Position numbers and translations under genes: made by a program. This document shows, piece by piece, positions 29,770 to 42,729 of a DNA stretch of 64,000 bases. This stretch comes from Steroidobacteraceae bacterium (GTDB lineage: Bacteria; Pseudomonadota; Gammaproteobacteria; Steroidobacterales; Steroidobacteraceae), in the NCBI GenBank assembly GCA_041395625.1, contig JAWLAE010000006.1:31706-95705 (forward strand). The letters are read 5' to 3'. Position 1 is the first letter of the stretch. Each line of letters opens with the position of its first letter. The notes under the pieces are model-generated. The model was not told the DNA's origin. It did not search any database and saw only the letters and a list, made by a program, of their open reading frames with translations.

Positions 29770-30345
29770 ATGGGACGCCTTTCCGAGACCGTCGTCGACC
29801 CCGAGACCGTGGCCGCCGCCCGTGGGGGCGATGCGGCGGCGCGCGAGACGCTGTTCAACGCGGTTGCCGGCAATGCCTTTGGCCTGATTCGTCGGATCGT
29901 GCGGCACAAGGCGCTGGCCGAGGACCTCCTGCAGGACACGCTTATCGCCATGTACGAGCACCTCGAGCAGTTCCGGGACGATGCGCCTTTTGGCGCCTGG
30001 GTGCAGGCGATCGCAGTGCGCCGTTGCCTGATGGCATTGCGTTCGCCATGGAATCGGGCCCGCGTTGCACTCGATGGGTTCGCCAATGCCGAGGCGAACG
30101 AGCCGGCGGCCCGGGACGCGCGCTTGCCGGAGATGATCGACGCCGAGCGGGCACTGGCTGCGTTGGCGCCGCGTGCGCGACTCGTGATCTGGCTGTACGA
30201 GGTCGAGGGTTGGTCGCACGAGGAGATCGCGACATCTTTCGGCCGTTCGGTGAGCTTTTCCAAGTCCGCCGTGGCGCGCGCCAAGGCGCAGCTGGTCGCC
30301 GGGCGGGATCCGCCGGCGGCGTCGAGGCCCCTGTCAATCTACTGA
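29770..30345 (+). CDS. ECF-type RNA polymerase sigma factor
   Basis: Region 2 (LLQDTLIAMYEHLEQFRDDAPFGAWVQAIAVRRC) and region 4 (LVIWLYEVEGWSHEEIATSFGRSVSFSKSAVARA) are both recognisable. Confidence 0.85.
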   Translation: MGRLSETVVDPETVAAARGGDAAARETLFNAVAGNAFGLIRRIVRHKALAEDLLQDTLIAMYEHLEQFRDDAPFGAWVQAIAVRRCLMALRSPWNRARVALDGFANAEANEPAARDARLPEMIDAERALAALAPRARLVIWLYEVEGWSHEEIATSFGRSVSFSKSAVARAKAQLVAGRDPPAASRPLSIY

Positions 30346-30357
30346 AAGAGACTGTTA

Positions 30358-30849
30358 GTGAAACACGAGCAAGTGATCAGCAACTGGCGGGCGATGAGCG
30401 CGACGAGCGCGCCGCCCTACGACTACGATGAGTTCAGCCGCCGTGTACAGCGCAGTACCGAGCACGCCCAGCGGACGCGCCGGATATCGACCACCGTGGC
30501 CGCATGCGCACTCGTGGCAGTTGCTGTCGGCGCCCTGCAGCGCCTGCAGACGAGCGTGAGCATTGCGACATCCGACCCGAATGCTGTTGCAGCAGCCCAG
30601 GCTGATCGGGCGAGCGGGCCGGCAGAGGGCGCAGCCGTGCCGCGACTGGCCGAGGCGGCGGTCGTCAAGGGGGAGTCCTATCTGCTGGCCGCTGCGCTCG
30701 AGGATCGGATGGCGTGGATCGACGATACCTTGAGCGATCCGCAGGTCGCGGGCCAGGCGCAGGTGCCCCAACTCCTGCGGGAGCGGGAGCGTTTACTCAA
30801 ATCCTGGGTGCAGGTGCGCTACGCCGAAGCGCTGGTAGCAAGTCGTTAG
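30358..30849 (+). CDS. putative membrane-anchored anti-sigma factor
   Basis: It lies immediately downstream of the ECF sigma gene, has a single TM segment (TTVAACALVAVAVGAL), and its cytoplasmic and periplasmic parts are not recognisable as any family by eye. The function is assigned from position only. Confidence 0.45.
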   Translation: MKHEQVISNWRAMSATSAPPYDYDEFSRRVQRSTEHAQRTRRISTTVAACALVAVAVGALQRLQTSVSIATSDPNAVAAAQADRASGPAEGAAVPRLAEAAVVKGESYLLAAALEDRMAWIDDTLSDPQVAGQAQVPQLLRERERLLKSWVQVRYAEALVASR

Positions 30850-30857
30850 GAGTGACC

Positions 30858-31838
30858 ATGAAGAGAATCGGAACGTTGTTCTCCACGGTATTGGTAGGTG
30901 GCCTGGCGCTGGCCTGGGCGGTTGCCGCTGTCGCACAGCGCCCACCGCCGGCGGCCGCAGCTGAGCAGCGTGATCGCGAAGTGGAGCGCGAGCTGGAAGC
31001 GGCCCGCGAACGCCTGGAGCGCGCGGCGCAGGACGTTGCGCAGCTGTCCGCGAAAATGAGCGACCGGGTCATGCAGCAAATGATTCCGGTGGATGACCTC
31101 CGCAAGCGCGCCATGCTCGGCGTGCACATCGACGATACACCTGACAAGTCCGGGGCACTCGTCAAGGAAGTCAGTCCCGGTGGACCGGCGAGCGAGGCGG
31201 GCTTGCAGCGTGGCGATCGTATCGTGCGCCTCAATGGCAAGAGCCTGGCTGCCGAAGACGCTGCCCACCTCGAGCTGATGCGGCGCATGCAGGAGGTGAA
31301 GCCGGGCGATGTCGTGCAGCTTGGCGTCATGCGCGATGGCAAGCCGCTCGACCTCAAAGTCACCACCCGTGCAGGCCAGCTGGCGGCTTACATGATGCAT
31401 CTGCCACCGGGTGCACCAGTGCCGCCGGAGGCGCCGCTGCCGCCTGCTTTCCGGGGTGCTGAGCGTGGCTGGGAGTTCGAGTTCCTGACCCGCGGCAGCG
31501 GCGAGCTGGCGCAACTCGAGCTCGCTACGCTCACGCCCAAGCTGGGACGCTACTTTGGGACCGACAGCGGTGTCCTCGTCGTGCGGGCGCCGCCCGATTC
31601 CAGCTACCGACTGGAGGACGGCGATGTGATCCGGTCGATCGGCACGCGCGTGCCGGACTCCGGTACGCATGCGCTTAGGATCCTGCGGTCCTATCAGCCC
31701 GGCGAAAAGCTGACTCTGCGGATACTGCGCCAACGCAAGCCACTGACGCTCGACGTGCAGCTCCCAGCCGTGCCGGCTGGCCGCAGGCAGACCCGATCCG
31801 AGTCCAGCCAGTTGCCGGCCGATCGGCCCGTATCCTAA
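30858..31838 (+). CDS. secreted PDZ-domain protein (coiled-coil N-terminus, two PDZ-like segments)
   Basis: Signal peptide MKRIGTLFSTVLVGGLALAWAVAAVAQ, a charged helical stretch (EQRDREVERELEAARERLERAAQD) and the PDZ motif GALVKEVSPGGPASEAGLQRGDRIVRLNG, plus a second weaker PDZ-like region (GVLVVRAPPDS...GDVIRSIG). Confidence 0.7.
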   Translation: MKRIGTLFSTVLVGGLALAWAVAAVAQRPPPAAAAEQRDREVERELEAARERLERAAQDVAQLSAKMSDRVMQQMIPVDDLRKRAMLGVHIDDTPDKSGALVKEVSPGGPASEAGLQRGDRIVRLNGKSLAAEDAAHLELMRRMQEVKPGDVVQLGVMRDGKPLDLKVTTRAGQLAAYMMHLPPGAPVPPEAPLPPAFRGAERGWEFEFLTRGSGELAQLELATLTPKLGRYFGTDSGVLVVRAPPDSSYRLEDGDVIRSIGTRVPDSGTHALRILRSYQPGEKLTLRILRQRKPLTLDVQLPAVPAGRRQTRSESSQLPADRPVS

Positions 31839-31883
31839 TAGATCGCGACGAACGCGCGGCGCGCGCCTGCTAGCATTCCTTGG

Positions 31884-34069
<2,186 letters not shown>

Positions 34070-34152
34070 TCGCCGGCTATTTCGCCCATGCGCTCGGCGC
34101 CCTGGGCCCGTAATTACCTGATCTACAACGCTTTTCTCTAGGGTGTGATGCT

Positions 34153-34482
34153 ATGAATCCATTTATTTCCGACGCCTACGCACAGGGCGCTGGCGCAGCG
34201 CCCGGTGGCTCCTTCGCACCACTACTGATGATGGTGGTGTTCATTGTCATCTTCTATTTCCTGCTGATTCGGCCGCAACAGAAGAAGGCCAAGGAACACC
34301 AGGCGATGCTAGCGAAGCTCGCGACGGGTGACGAGGTGGTCACTGCTGGTGGCGTGCTCGGCAAGGTCACTGAAGTGGGCGAGCAGTTCATCACAGTCGA
34401 AATCGCCGACGGCGTGCGTATCAAGGTCCAGAGGTTCCAGGTGACCTCGCTCGTGCCCAAGGGCACGCTGAAGAGCGCGTGA
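34153..34482 (+). CDS. yajC: preprotein translocase subunit YajC
   Basis: 109 aa with a single TM segment, the IRPQQKKAKEH motif and GDEVVTAGGVLGKV. It sits in the conserved tgt-yajC-secD-secF order. Confidence 0.95.
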   Translation: MNPFISDAYAQGAGAAPGGSFAPLLMMVVFIVIFYFLLIRPQQKKAKEHQAMLAKLATGDEVVTAGGVLGKVTEVGEQFITVEIADGVRIKVQRFQVTSLVPKGTLKSA

Positions 34483-34494
34483 GGCCAGATCTCG

Positions 34495-36366
<1,872 letters not shown>

Positions 36367-36406
36367 TCGTCATCGCTCTCACCAAATAGTCTAGGGGCCG
36401 ACTCGC

Positions 36407-37345
36407 ATGGAGTTCTTCAGCAAGACGACCAGTTTCGCGTTCATGAAAACGCGCAAGGTCTGGTATGGGATTTCGGTCATCCTGATGGTGGCCTCGCTCA
36501 CGCTGCTCATTACGCGCGGCCTGAATCTGTCGGTCGACTTCACCGGCGGCGTCACGGTCGAAGCGGCGTACCCGGCCGCTGCCGATATCGAGGCGGCGCG
36601 CGCGGCGCTGGCCGCCGCTGGCATCCGCGACGCGCAGGTGCAGAATTTCGGTACGTCGCGTGACATCGTCATTCGCATGCCGCCGCTAGCCGACGGGCAG
36701 TCGGGCGCCGATTTGCGCACGCAGCTCACGGCGGCGCTGCGGACAGTCGAGCCGTCCGTGGAAGTCCGACGCTTCGACGTGGTCGGGCCGCAGGTTGGTA
36801 GTGAGCTGCTGGAGAGCGCCATATGGGCACTGTCGGTCACCATCGTGCTCATCTTCATTTACGTCGCGCTGCGCTTCCATACCTGGCGTTTGTCGGTCGG
36901 TGCCATCGTCGCGGCGATGCATGATCCGCTGATGGTGCTGGGGTTCTTCGCGCTGACGCAGTTGTCGTTCGATCTGTCCGTGATCGCGGCGATCCTCGCG
37001 GTGATCGGTTATTCGCTCAACGACACCGTCGTCGTGTTCGATCGCATCCGTGAGCGCTTCGAGCACAACCAGCGCTCGACACCGGAAGCCGTACTGGACC
37101 AGTCGATCAACCAGACCCTGTCGCGGACGATAATGACCTCCGGCACCACCTTGTTAGTCGTGACCGTGCTGTTCGTGCTGGGTGGTGAGGCATTGAAGGG
37201 CTTCTCGACGGCGCTGATCGTCGGCATCGTGATCGGTACCTACTCCTCGATCTATGTCGCGAGCGCGTTGGCACTCGATCTGGGGTTGAAGGGCGTGCAC
37301 TTGTTCCCGATCGAACGCAAAGATCCGCTCGACGATTTGCCCTGA
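36407..37345 (+). CDS. secF: protein translocase subunit SecF
   Basis: 312 aa with GLNLSVDFTGGV and IGYSLNDTVVVFDRIRE, the SecF signature. Confidence 0.95.
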   Translation: MEFFSKTTSFAFMKTRKVWYGISVILMVASLTLLITRGLNLSVDFTGGVTVEAAYPAAADIEAARAALAAAGIRDAQVQNFGTSRDIVIRMPPLADGQSGADLRTQLTAALRTVEPSVEVRRFDVVGPQVGSELLESAIWALSVTIVLIFIYVALRFHTWRLSVGAIVAAMHDPLMVLGFFALTQLSFDLSVIAAILAVIGYSLNDTVVVFDRIRERFEHNQRSTPEAVLDQSINQTLSRTIMTSGTTLLVVTVLFVLGGEALKGFSTALIVGIVIGTYSSIYVASALALDLGLKGVHLFPIERKDPLDDLP

Positions 37346-37405
37346 GCGGGCACACGCTGCGCGGTGAGCGCGCCGCCTGCTTGTTAGGTTGACGAGGCAC
37401 GACCG

Positions 37406-38158
37406 ATGATCGAGATGCTGAGCGATCCGGGTACCTGGGTAGCCTTTGCAACCCTGTCGGCGCTCGAGATCGTGCTCGGCATCGACAACATCATCTTCAT
37501 CTCGATACTCGTCAGTAGGCTGCCGCCTGAGCGACGGGAAGCCGCGCGCATCACGGGCCTCGCACTGGCGATGTTCACGCGCATCGCTTTGCTGTTCGCG
37601 ATCGTGTGGCTCACCGGCCTGACGGCGCCCTGGTTCAGCGTGCTGGATCAGACGTTTTCCGGCCGCGATGTCATCCTGTTCGTGGGTGGCTTGTTTTTGC
37701 TCGCGAAGAGCGTGCTCGAGATCCATCACACACTCGAAGGCGCTGCGGACGATCGCCGGACACGCGTGTTCGCCAACTTCGTGGCGATCGTCGTGCAGAT
37801 CGCCCTGATCGACATCGTGTTCTCCCTGGATTCGGTGTTCACGGCGGTCGGCCTGGCGCGCCCCGATCAAGTGCCGATCATGGTTGCCGCCATCGTCGTG
37901 GCGATCATGGTGATGATCTGGGTGTCTGGCACGATCAGCGAGTTCGTCGACCGCCACCCGACGATCAAGGTGCTGGCATTGGCCTTCCTGATCCTCGTTG
38001 GTGCGGTGCTCGTGGCCGAGAGTTTCGAGTTCTCGGTACCGAAGGGCTATCTGTATTTCGCCATGGCTTTTGCCGTCGGCGTGGAGATTGTCAATCTCAG
38101 GCTGCGCCAACTGCTGGATGCGCGTCGCGGCGGCGAGGGCGAGGACCAGGGCGGTTAG
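37406..38158 (+). CDS. TerC-family integral membrane protein
   Basis: LEIVLGIDNIIFISIL and DIVFSLDSVFTAVG are the paired TerC-repeat motifs. Confidence 0.85.
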   Translation: MIEMLSDPGTWVAFATLSALEIVLGIDNIIFISILVSRLPPERREAARITGLALAMFTRIALLFAIVWLTGLTAPWFSVLDQTFSGRDVILFVGGLFLLAKSVLEIHHTLEGAADDRRTRVFANFVAIVVQIALIDIVFSLDSVFTAVGLARPDQVPIMVAAIVVAIMVMIWVSGTISEFVDRHPTIKVLALAFLILVGAVLVAESFEFSVPKGYLYFAMAFAVGVEIVNLRLRQLLDARRGGEGEDQGG

Positions 38159-38253
38159 GGCAGGGCGCCCGATCGCTCCGATCGAGGCTGCATTACTGGC
38201 GCGTGATGGTGTCTGGCCCGTATGATCGGCCAAACCGTTCTTCAGGGGGCTCG

Positions 38254-39765
38254 ATGAATTGGCGTACCAAGACTCTCGATCAGATCCTGGCCACGGCGGA
38301 AGCCAAGGGCTTGCACCGCTCGCTCGGCGGCTTTCAGCTCATGATGTTGGGCGTCGGCGCCATCATCGGTACCGGCATTTTCGTGCTGACGGCCGAGGCT
38401 GCGCAGAAGGCCGGCCCCGGCATGATGGTGTCATTCGTCATTGCCGGCGCGGTCTGCGCGGTGACCGCACTGTGCTACGCGGAACTCGCCTCGATGGTGC
38501 CGGTGTCCGGCTCGGCCTATACCTATGCGTATGCGGTGCTCGGTGAGATCGTTGCCTGGGTGGTCGGCTGGGCGCTGATCCTCGAGTACGCCGTGGCCGC
38601 GAGCGCGGTATCGGTCGGTTGGTCTAACTACTTCGTCGGTTCGATCGAGCGCTTCTTCAGTCTCGACTTTCCCGATTTGCTCAGTAAGGGGCCGCACGTC
38701 GGCGGCATCATGAACGTGCCGGCCGCAGTCATCGCGCTGCTCGTGACCGGCCTGCTGATCCTGGGCACCCGCGAAAGCGCGCGGGTCAATGCCGTACTGG
38801 TCAGCATCAAGGTTGTCGCGCTCACCGTGTTCTGCATCCTCGCGATTCCGGTGATCAACGGCGCCAACTTTGAGCCGTTCGCGCCCAATGGCTTCATTGG
38901 CGAGATTTCCGGCATGGGTATCGCCGGGGCTGCTGCCTCGATCTTCTTTGCGTATGTCGGCTTCGATGCCGTCTCGACGGCCGCCGAGGAGACGCGCGAT
39001 CCGCAACGCAACGTGCCTTTCGGCCTGATCGGCAGCCTCGCGATCTGTACGGTGTTCTATGTACTGGTGGCAGCGGGCGCCATTGGTTCGATCGGCGCGC
39101 AACCGATCGTCGACCCGGCGACGGGCCTGGCATTCGAGCCCGGCACGCGCGGTCTGGCAGATGCCTGCACGCTGGCGGAGAACGCCAAACAACTGGCCTG
39201 TAGCGGCGAGCCGCTGGCGCACGTGATGGATGCGATCGGCTGGAAGACCATCTCCGGGCTCATCAGTCTGGCAGCGTTTCTTGCCTTGCCGTCGGTGATC
39301 CTGATGATGCTCTTTGGGCAGACGCGCATATTCTTCGTGATGGCGCGCGACAAACTGCTGCCGTTCAACGATGTGCTGACACGCATCCATCCGAAATTCC
39401 ACACGCCGCACATCGTCACGGCGATCACGGGTCTGGCGGTGACGGTATTCGCTTCGTTCTTCCCGGTTGGTGTGCTGGCGGATATCTCCAACAGTGGCAC
39501 GCTGTTCGCGTTCATGATCGTCGCGCTCGGCGTCTTGATTCTGCGGGTCAAGGATCCAGACCGAAAACGACCGTTCCGCACGCCGATCGTGTGGGTCATG
39601 GCACCGCTGGCACTCGCTGGCTGCGCGTTTCTGTTCTTCTCGTTGCCATTCCGGACGCAGGTGACTTTCTTCGTCTGGGCCGCAGTGGGGCTCGTGATCT
39701 ACTTCCTGTACGGGTATCGGCACAGCCCGGTGGGCCGCGAGGTTGCCCGAGAAGAACCGAAGTAG
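38254..39765 (+). CDS. amino-acid permease (APC superfamily, cationic amino-acid transporter-like)
   Basis: MNWRTKTLDQIL...LHRSLGGFQLMMLGVGAIIGTGIFVLTG-like N-terminus and about 12 TM segments. The upstream 216 codons of the track ORF overlap terC in another frame and were rejected. Confidence 0.85.
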   Translation: MNWRTKTLDQILATAEAKGLHRSLGGFQLMMLGVGAIIGTGIFVLTAEAAQKAGPGMMVSFVIAGAVCAVTALCYAELASMVPVSGSAYTYAYAVLGEIVAWVVGWALILEYAVAASAVSVGWSNYFVGSIERFFSLDFPDLLSKGPHVGGIMNVPAAVIALLVTGLLILGTRESARVNAVLVSIKVVALTVFCILAIPVINGANFEPFAPNGFIGEISGMGIAGAAASIFFAYVGFDAVSTAAEETRDPQRNVPFGLIGSLAICTVFYVLVAAGAIGSIGAQPIVDPATGLAFEPGTRGLADACTLAENAKQLACSGEPLAHVMDAIGWKTISGLISLAAFLALPSVILMMLFGQTRIFFVMARDKLLPFNDVLTRIHPKFHTPHIVTAITGLAVTVFASFFPVGVLADISNSGTLFAFMIVALGVLILRVKDPDRKRPFRTPIVWVMAPLALAGCAFLFFSLPFRTQVTFFVWAAVGLVIYFLYGYRHSPVGREVAREEPK

Positions 39766-39787
39766 CCGCTCAGGTATCTAACAACCC

Positions 39788-41116
39788 ATGTCGGATATCG
39801 ACCCGAAGCTCGCCAACCGTATCCTGATCGGCCTGGCGGTCGGCGCGGTCGCGGGCGTCGTGACGCTCCTGATCGGTGCCGTGGCGCCGCCGGTGCTCGA
39901 CGGCGCGCGCTGGCTGGCGAATTTCGCACTCGATCCGCTGGGGCAGGTATTCCTGCGGTTGCTGTTCTTCGTCGTTATCCCGCTGGTGTTCGCCTCGCTC
40001 GCTGCTGGCGTCGCGCAGCTCGGCGAATTGCGGGACCTGGGGCCGCTGGCGACGCGCACCTTCACGCTGTTCCTCATCAACATGTCGATCGCCGTGTTCC
40101 TCGGCCTGGTGATGATGAATGTGGTACGGCCCGGCGATGCGCTCGACCCCGACACGAAGACTCAGTTGATGCAGGAGTATGGCGGCGCGGCGGCCCAGAC
40201 GGTCGAACGCAGCGCCCAGCGTCCGGCGATGAGTCCGCAGACGATCGTCGACATGTTCATGCCGCGCAACCTGTTCGGCGCGTTCGTCGGCAACGATCGC
40301 AACATGCTGGGCGAAGTGTTGCCGCTGATCCTGTTCGCGATCCTGGTGGGCGCGGCGGCGATCAGGCTGGGCGATACCAAACGCGACGAAGTGGTCGCAG
40401 GACTCGAGCTCGTGACGCGGCTGATGACCGGCATCGTGCAGTTCGCGTTGAAACTCGCACCCTATGCCGTGCCGGCCATGATCTTCAGCGTGATCGTCAA
40501 GGTGGGTTGGGACATCGTCATCGCCCTCGGCGTGTTCGTGATCGCCTGTCTCGCCGTGATGCTGCTGCATCTGTTCGGCACCATGTCGCTGTGGCTGCGC
40601 ATCTGGTCGAAGCGGCGGCCGACGGAGTTCTGGCAGATCGTCAAGCCCGTGCTCATCACCGCGTTCTCGACCAGTTCGAGCAGCGCGACCTTGCCGGCGT
40701 CGCTGGCCGTCACGCGCGAGCAGTTAGGCGTCAAGCCCACGACGGCGGGTTTCGTGCTGCCGCTGGGTGCTACCATGAACATGTCCGGCACGGCACTCTA
40801 CGAAGGCTGTGTCGTGCTGTTCGTCGCGCAGGTTTTTGGCGTGCACCTTGGCTGGGCTGAGCAGGGCACCTTACTGGTGCTCGCGGTGTTGTCAGCCGTG
40901 GCCGTGGCCTCGATTCCAGGTGGCTCGCTGCCACTGATCGCCGGTCTGCTGGTTACTTTCGGAATTCCGGCCGAAGGCATCGGCATCATATTGGGCGCCG
41001 ACCGCCTGCTCGACATGACACGCACGGCCGTCAACGTCGGCTCGGACATCGTTACTGCCGTGATCGTCGATGAACGCACGCCGGCGAAGGCAGTGACGCC
41101 ACCGACACCCGGGTAG
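39788..41116 (+). CDS. dicarboxylate/amino acid:cation symporter (DAACS family)
   Basis: 442 aa with AFSTSSSSATLP and the NMSGTALYEG/DRLLDMTRTAVNVGSD motifs typical of GltP/GltT-type carriers. Confidence 0.9.
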   Translation: MSDIDPKLANRILIGLAVGAVAGVVTLLIGAVAPPVLDGARWLANFALDPLGQVFLRLLFFVVIPLVFASLAAGVAQLGELRDLGPLATRTFTLFLINMSIAVFLGLVMMNVVRPGDALDPDTKTQLMQEYGGAAAQTVERSAQRPAMSPQTIVDMFMPRNLFGAFVGNDRNMLGEVLPLILFAILVGAAAIRLGDTKRDEVVAGLELVTRLMTGIVQFALKLAPYAVPAMIFSVIVKVGWDIVIALGVFVIACLAVMLLHLFGTMSLWLRIWSKRRPTEFWQIVKPVLITAFSTSSSSATLPASLAVTREQLGVKPTTAGFVLPLGATMNMSGTALYEGCVVLFVAQVFGVHLGWAEQGTLLVLAVLSAVAVASIPGGSLPLIAGLLVTFGIPAEGIGIILGADRLLDMTRTAVNVGSDIVTAVIVDERTPAKAVTPPTPG

Positions 41117-41121
41117 TCAGC

Positions 41122-41925
41122 TCAGGCGTGCTGTAGCGCGGCCGGCACGTGCGGTGCCAGCGCCTCGAGCAGCGCTGTGTACACGCGCTGCGTGCCAGCG
41201 ACGATGTTGCCGCCCTGGTTGTAGTCAGCCCCTGTCAGCGTGCCGACGCGCCCGCCGGCCTCGATGACGAGCAGTGTGCCAGCAGCGGTATCCCACGGTT
41301 GCAAGCCCATCTCCCAGAACGCATCGACGCGCCCGGCAGCTACGTAAGCGAGGTCGAGCGCGGCCGCGCCAGGTCGGCGCACACCCGCGGAACTGGTCAT
41401 CACCACCTTGAGCATCGCGAGGTAATTGTCGAGGTGTGGCTCGACCGCGCGATACGGAAAACCGGTAGCGATCAGCGAGCCCTCGAGAGTGCGCTGCTTG
41501 CTGACGCGAATCTTCCTGCCTTCGAGCTGCGCGCCGATGCCGCGTGAGGCGGTGAACATCTCCTGGCGCATCGGATCGAACACCACCGCGTGCTCGAGCC
41601 GCCCGCGAACTTCGCAGGCGATCGAGACGGCGAAGGTCGGGAAGTTGTGCAGGAAGTTGGTGGTGCCGTCGAGCGGATCGATGATCCACCGTACATCGCC
41701 GGGCCGACCGGACGCACCACTTTCTTCCGCCAGGAACGCATGGTCCGGATACAGCCGTCGGATCGTCGCGATGATCTGTTCCTCGGCGGCCCGATCGACT
41801 TCCGACACGTAGTCATGCCGCCCTTTGGTCGACACATCCAGGCTGTCGAGCTTCGGCAGACTGCGGACGATGACATCGCCCGCGCGCCGCGCGGCGCTGA
41901 TCGCGAGATTCAGTAAGGGCTGCAT
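41122..41925 (-). CDS. suhB: inositol monophosphatase family protein
   Basis: MQPLLNLAISAARRAG..., FLAEESG, WIIDPLDGTTNF and WDTAAG. Only the last 267 codons of the 577-aa track ORF are SuhB. Confidence 0.9.
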   Translation of the reverse strand: MQPLLNLAISAARRAGDVIVRSLPKLDSLDVSTKGRHDYVSEVDRAAEEQIIATIRRLYPDHAFLAEESGASGRPGDVRWIIDPLDGTTNFLHNFPTFAVSIACEVRGRLEHAVVFDPMRQEMFTASRGIGAQLEGRKIRVSKQRTLEGSLIATGFPYRAVEPHLDNYLAMLKVVMTSSAGVRRPGAAALDLAYVAAGRVDAFWEMGLQPWDTAAGTLLVIEAGGRVGTLTGADYNQGGNIVAGTQRVYTALLEALAPHVPAALQHA

Positions 41926-41988
41926 ATTCGTAAGTAGCGGCGTGGCGCAAAGGCCTTGCGTATCATACAGGCAGTGCCCGCAAGTTCC

Positions 41989-42729
41989 ATGCAAGCCGCC
42001 AATATTCGCATCGTCCTGGTCGAGACTTCGCATCCGGGCAATATCGGCGCGGCAGCGCGTGCCATGAAGACGATGGCGATCGATCAGCTGGTGCTCGTTC
42101 GGCCGCAATTGTTTCCACATGCCGAAGCAACGGCTCGTGCATCGGGAGCGAACGATGTGCTGCTGAACGCGCGGGTGGTGGGCAGCGTCGAAGAGGCGGT
42201 CGCCGATTGCGGCTTCGTGGCGGCGACGACCTCGCGCGAACGCGAGCACAATTTCCGCGTGCTCGACCTGCGCGAGGCAGTCGCGCGCGCCGTCACTGAA
42301 ATGACGCGCGGCCCCGTTGCGCTGCTGTTCGGCGCGGAGCGCACGGGGCTCACCAACGAGGAGTTGGCGCTGGCGCACGTGCTGGTGCGGATCCCGGCCA
42401 ATCCGGACTATCCCTCGCTCAATCTTGCGATGGCCGTGCAGCTCGCGACCTACGAGCTCTACCGGGCCCGCGGCGCTAACTACGAGCAGCCGCCAGCGGC
42501 TGTACCGCTCGCCAGTGGCGTCGAGATGGAGCGCATGTACGCGCATCTCGAAGCAGTGCTCGAACTGATCGAGTTCCGCGACCGCACACAGAACGGCACG
42601 ATCCTGATGACGCGAATCCGCAAATTCCTGCAGCGCGCCGAGCTCGATGCCAACGAAGTGAACATCCTGCGCGGCATTCTCACTGCCGTCGAGCGCCGCC
42701 GCCGCCGTGCCGGTGATCCGCCGGCGTGA
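41989..42729 (+). CDS. trmJ: tRNA (cytidine/uridine-2'-O)-methyltransferase TrmJ (SpoU class)
   Basis: MQAANIRIVLVETSHPGNIGAAARAMKTM matches the TrmJ N-terminus. SPOUT motifs LLFGAERTGLTNEEL and IPANPDYPSLNLAMAV are present, and the gene is divergent from suhB as in other gammaproteobacteria. Confidence 0.9.
   Translation: MQAANIRIVLVETSHPGNIGAAARAMKTMAIDQLVLVRPQLFPHAEATARASGANDVLLNARVVGSVEEAVADCGFVAATTSREREHNFRVLDLREAVARAVTEMTRGPVALLFGAERTGLTNEELALAHVLVRIPANPDYPSLNLAMAVQLATYELYRARGANYEQPPAAVPLASGVEMERMYAHLEAVLELIEFRDRTQNGTILMTRIRKFLQRAELDANEVNILRGILTAVERRRRRAGDPPA

Noticed and set aside
29608-30219. upstream extension of the Nudix ORF (383 aa in the track)
   Set aside because: The extension reads straight through the tRNA-Leu gene and antisense through the ECF sigma gene. 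The Nudix protein has a natural Met plus zinc-ribbon start at 29607.
37154-38233. 359-aa ORF antisense to secF and terC
   Set aside because: It spans two well-supported plus-strand genes and their intergenic gap. It is His/Arg/Asp-rich and low-complexity, which marks it as a high-GC artefact.
38431-39723. 430-aa ORF antisense to the APC permease
   Set aside because: It is the same type of artefact: extremely Arg/His/Asp/Glu-rich, with no motifs, and fully overlapped by a clear 12-TM transporter gene.
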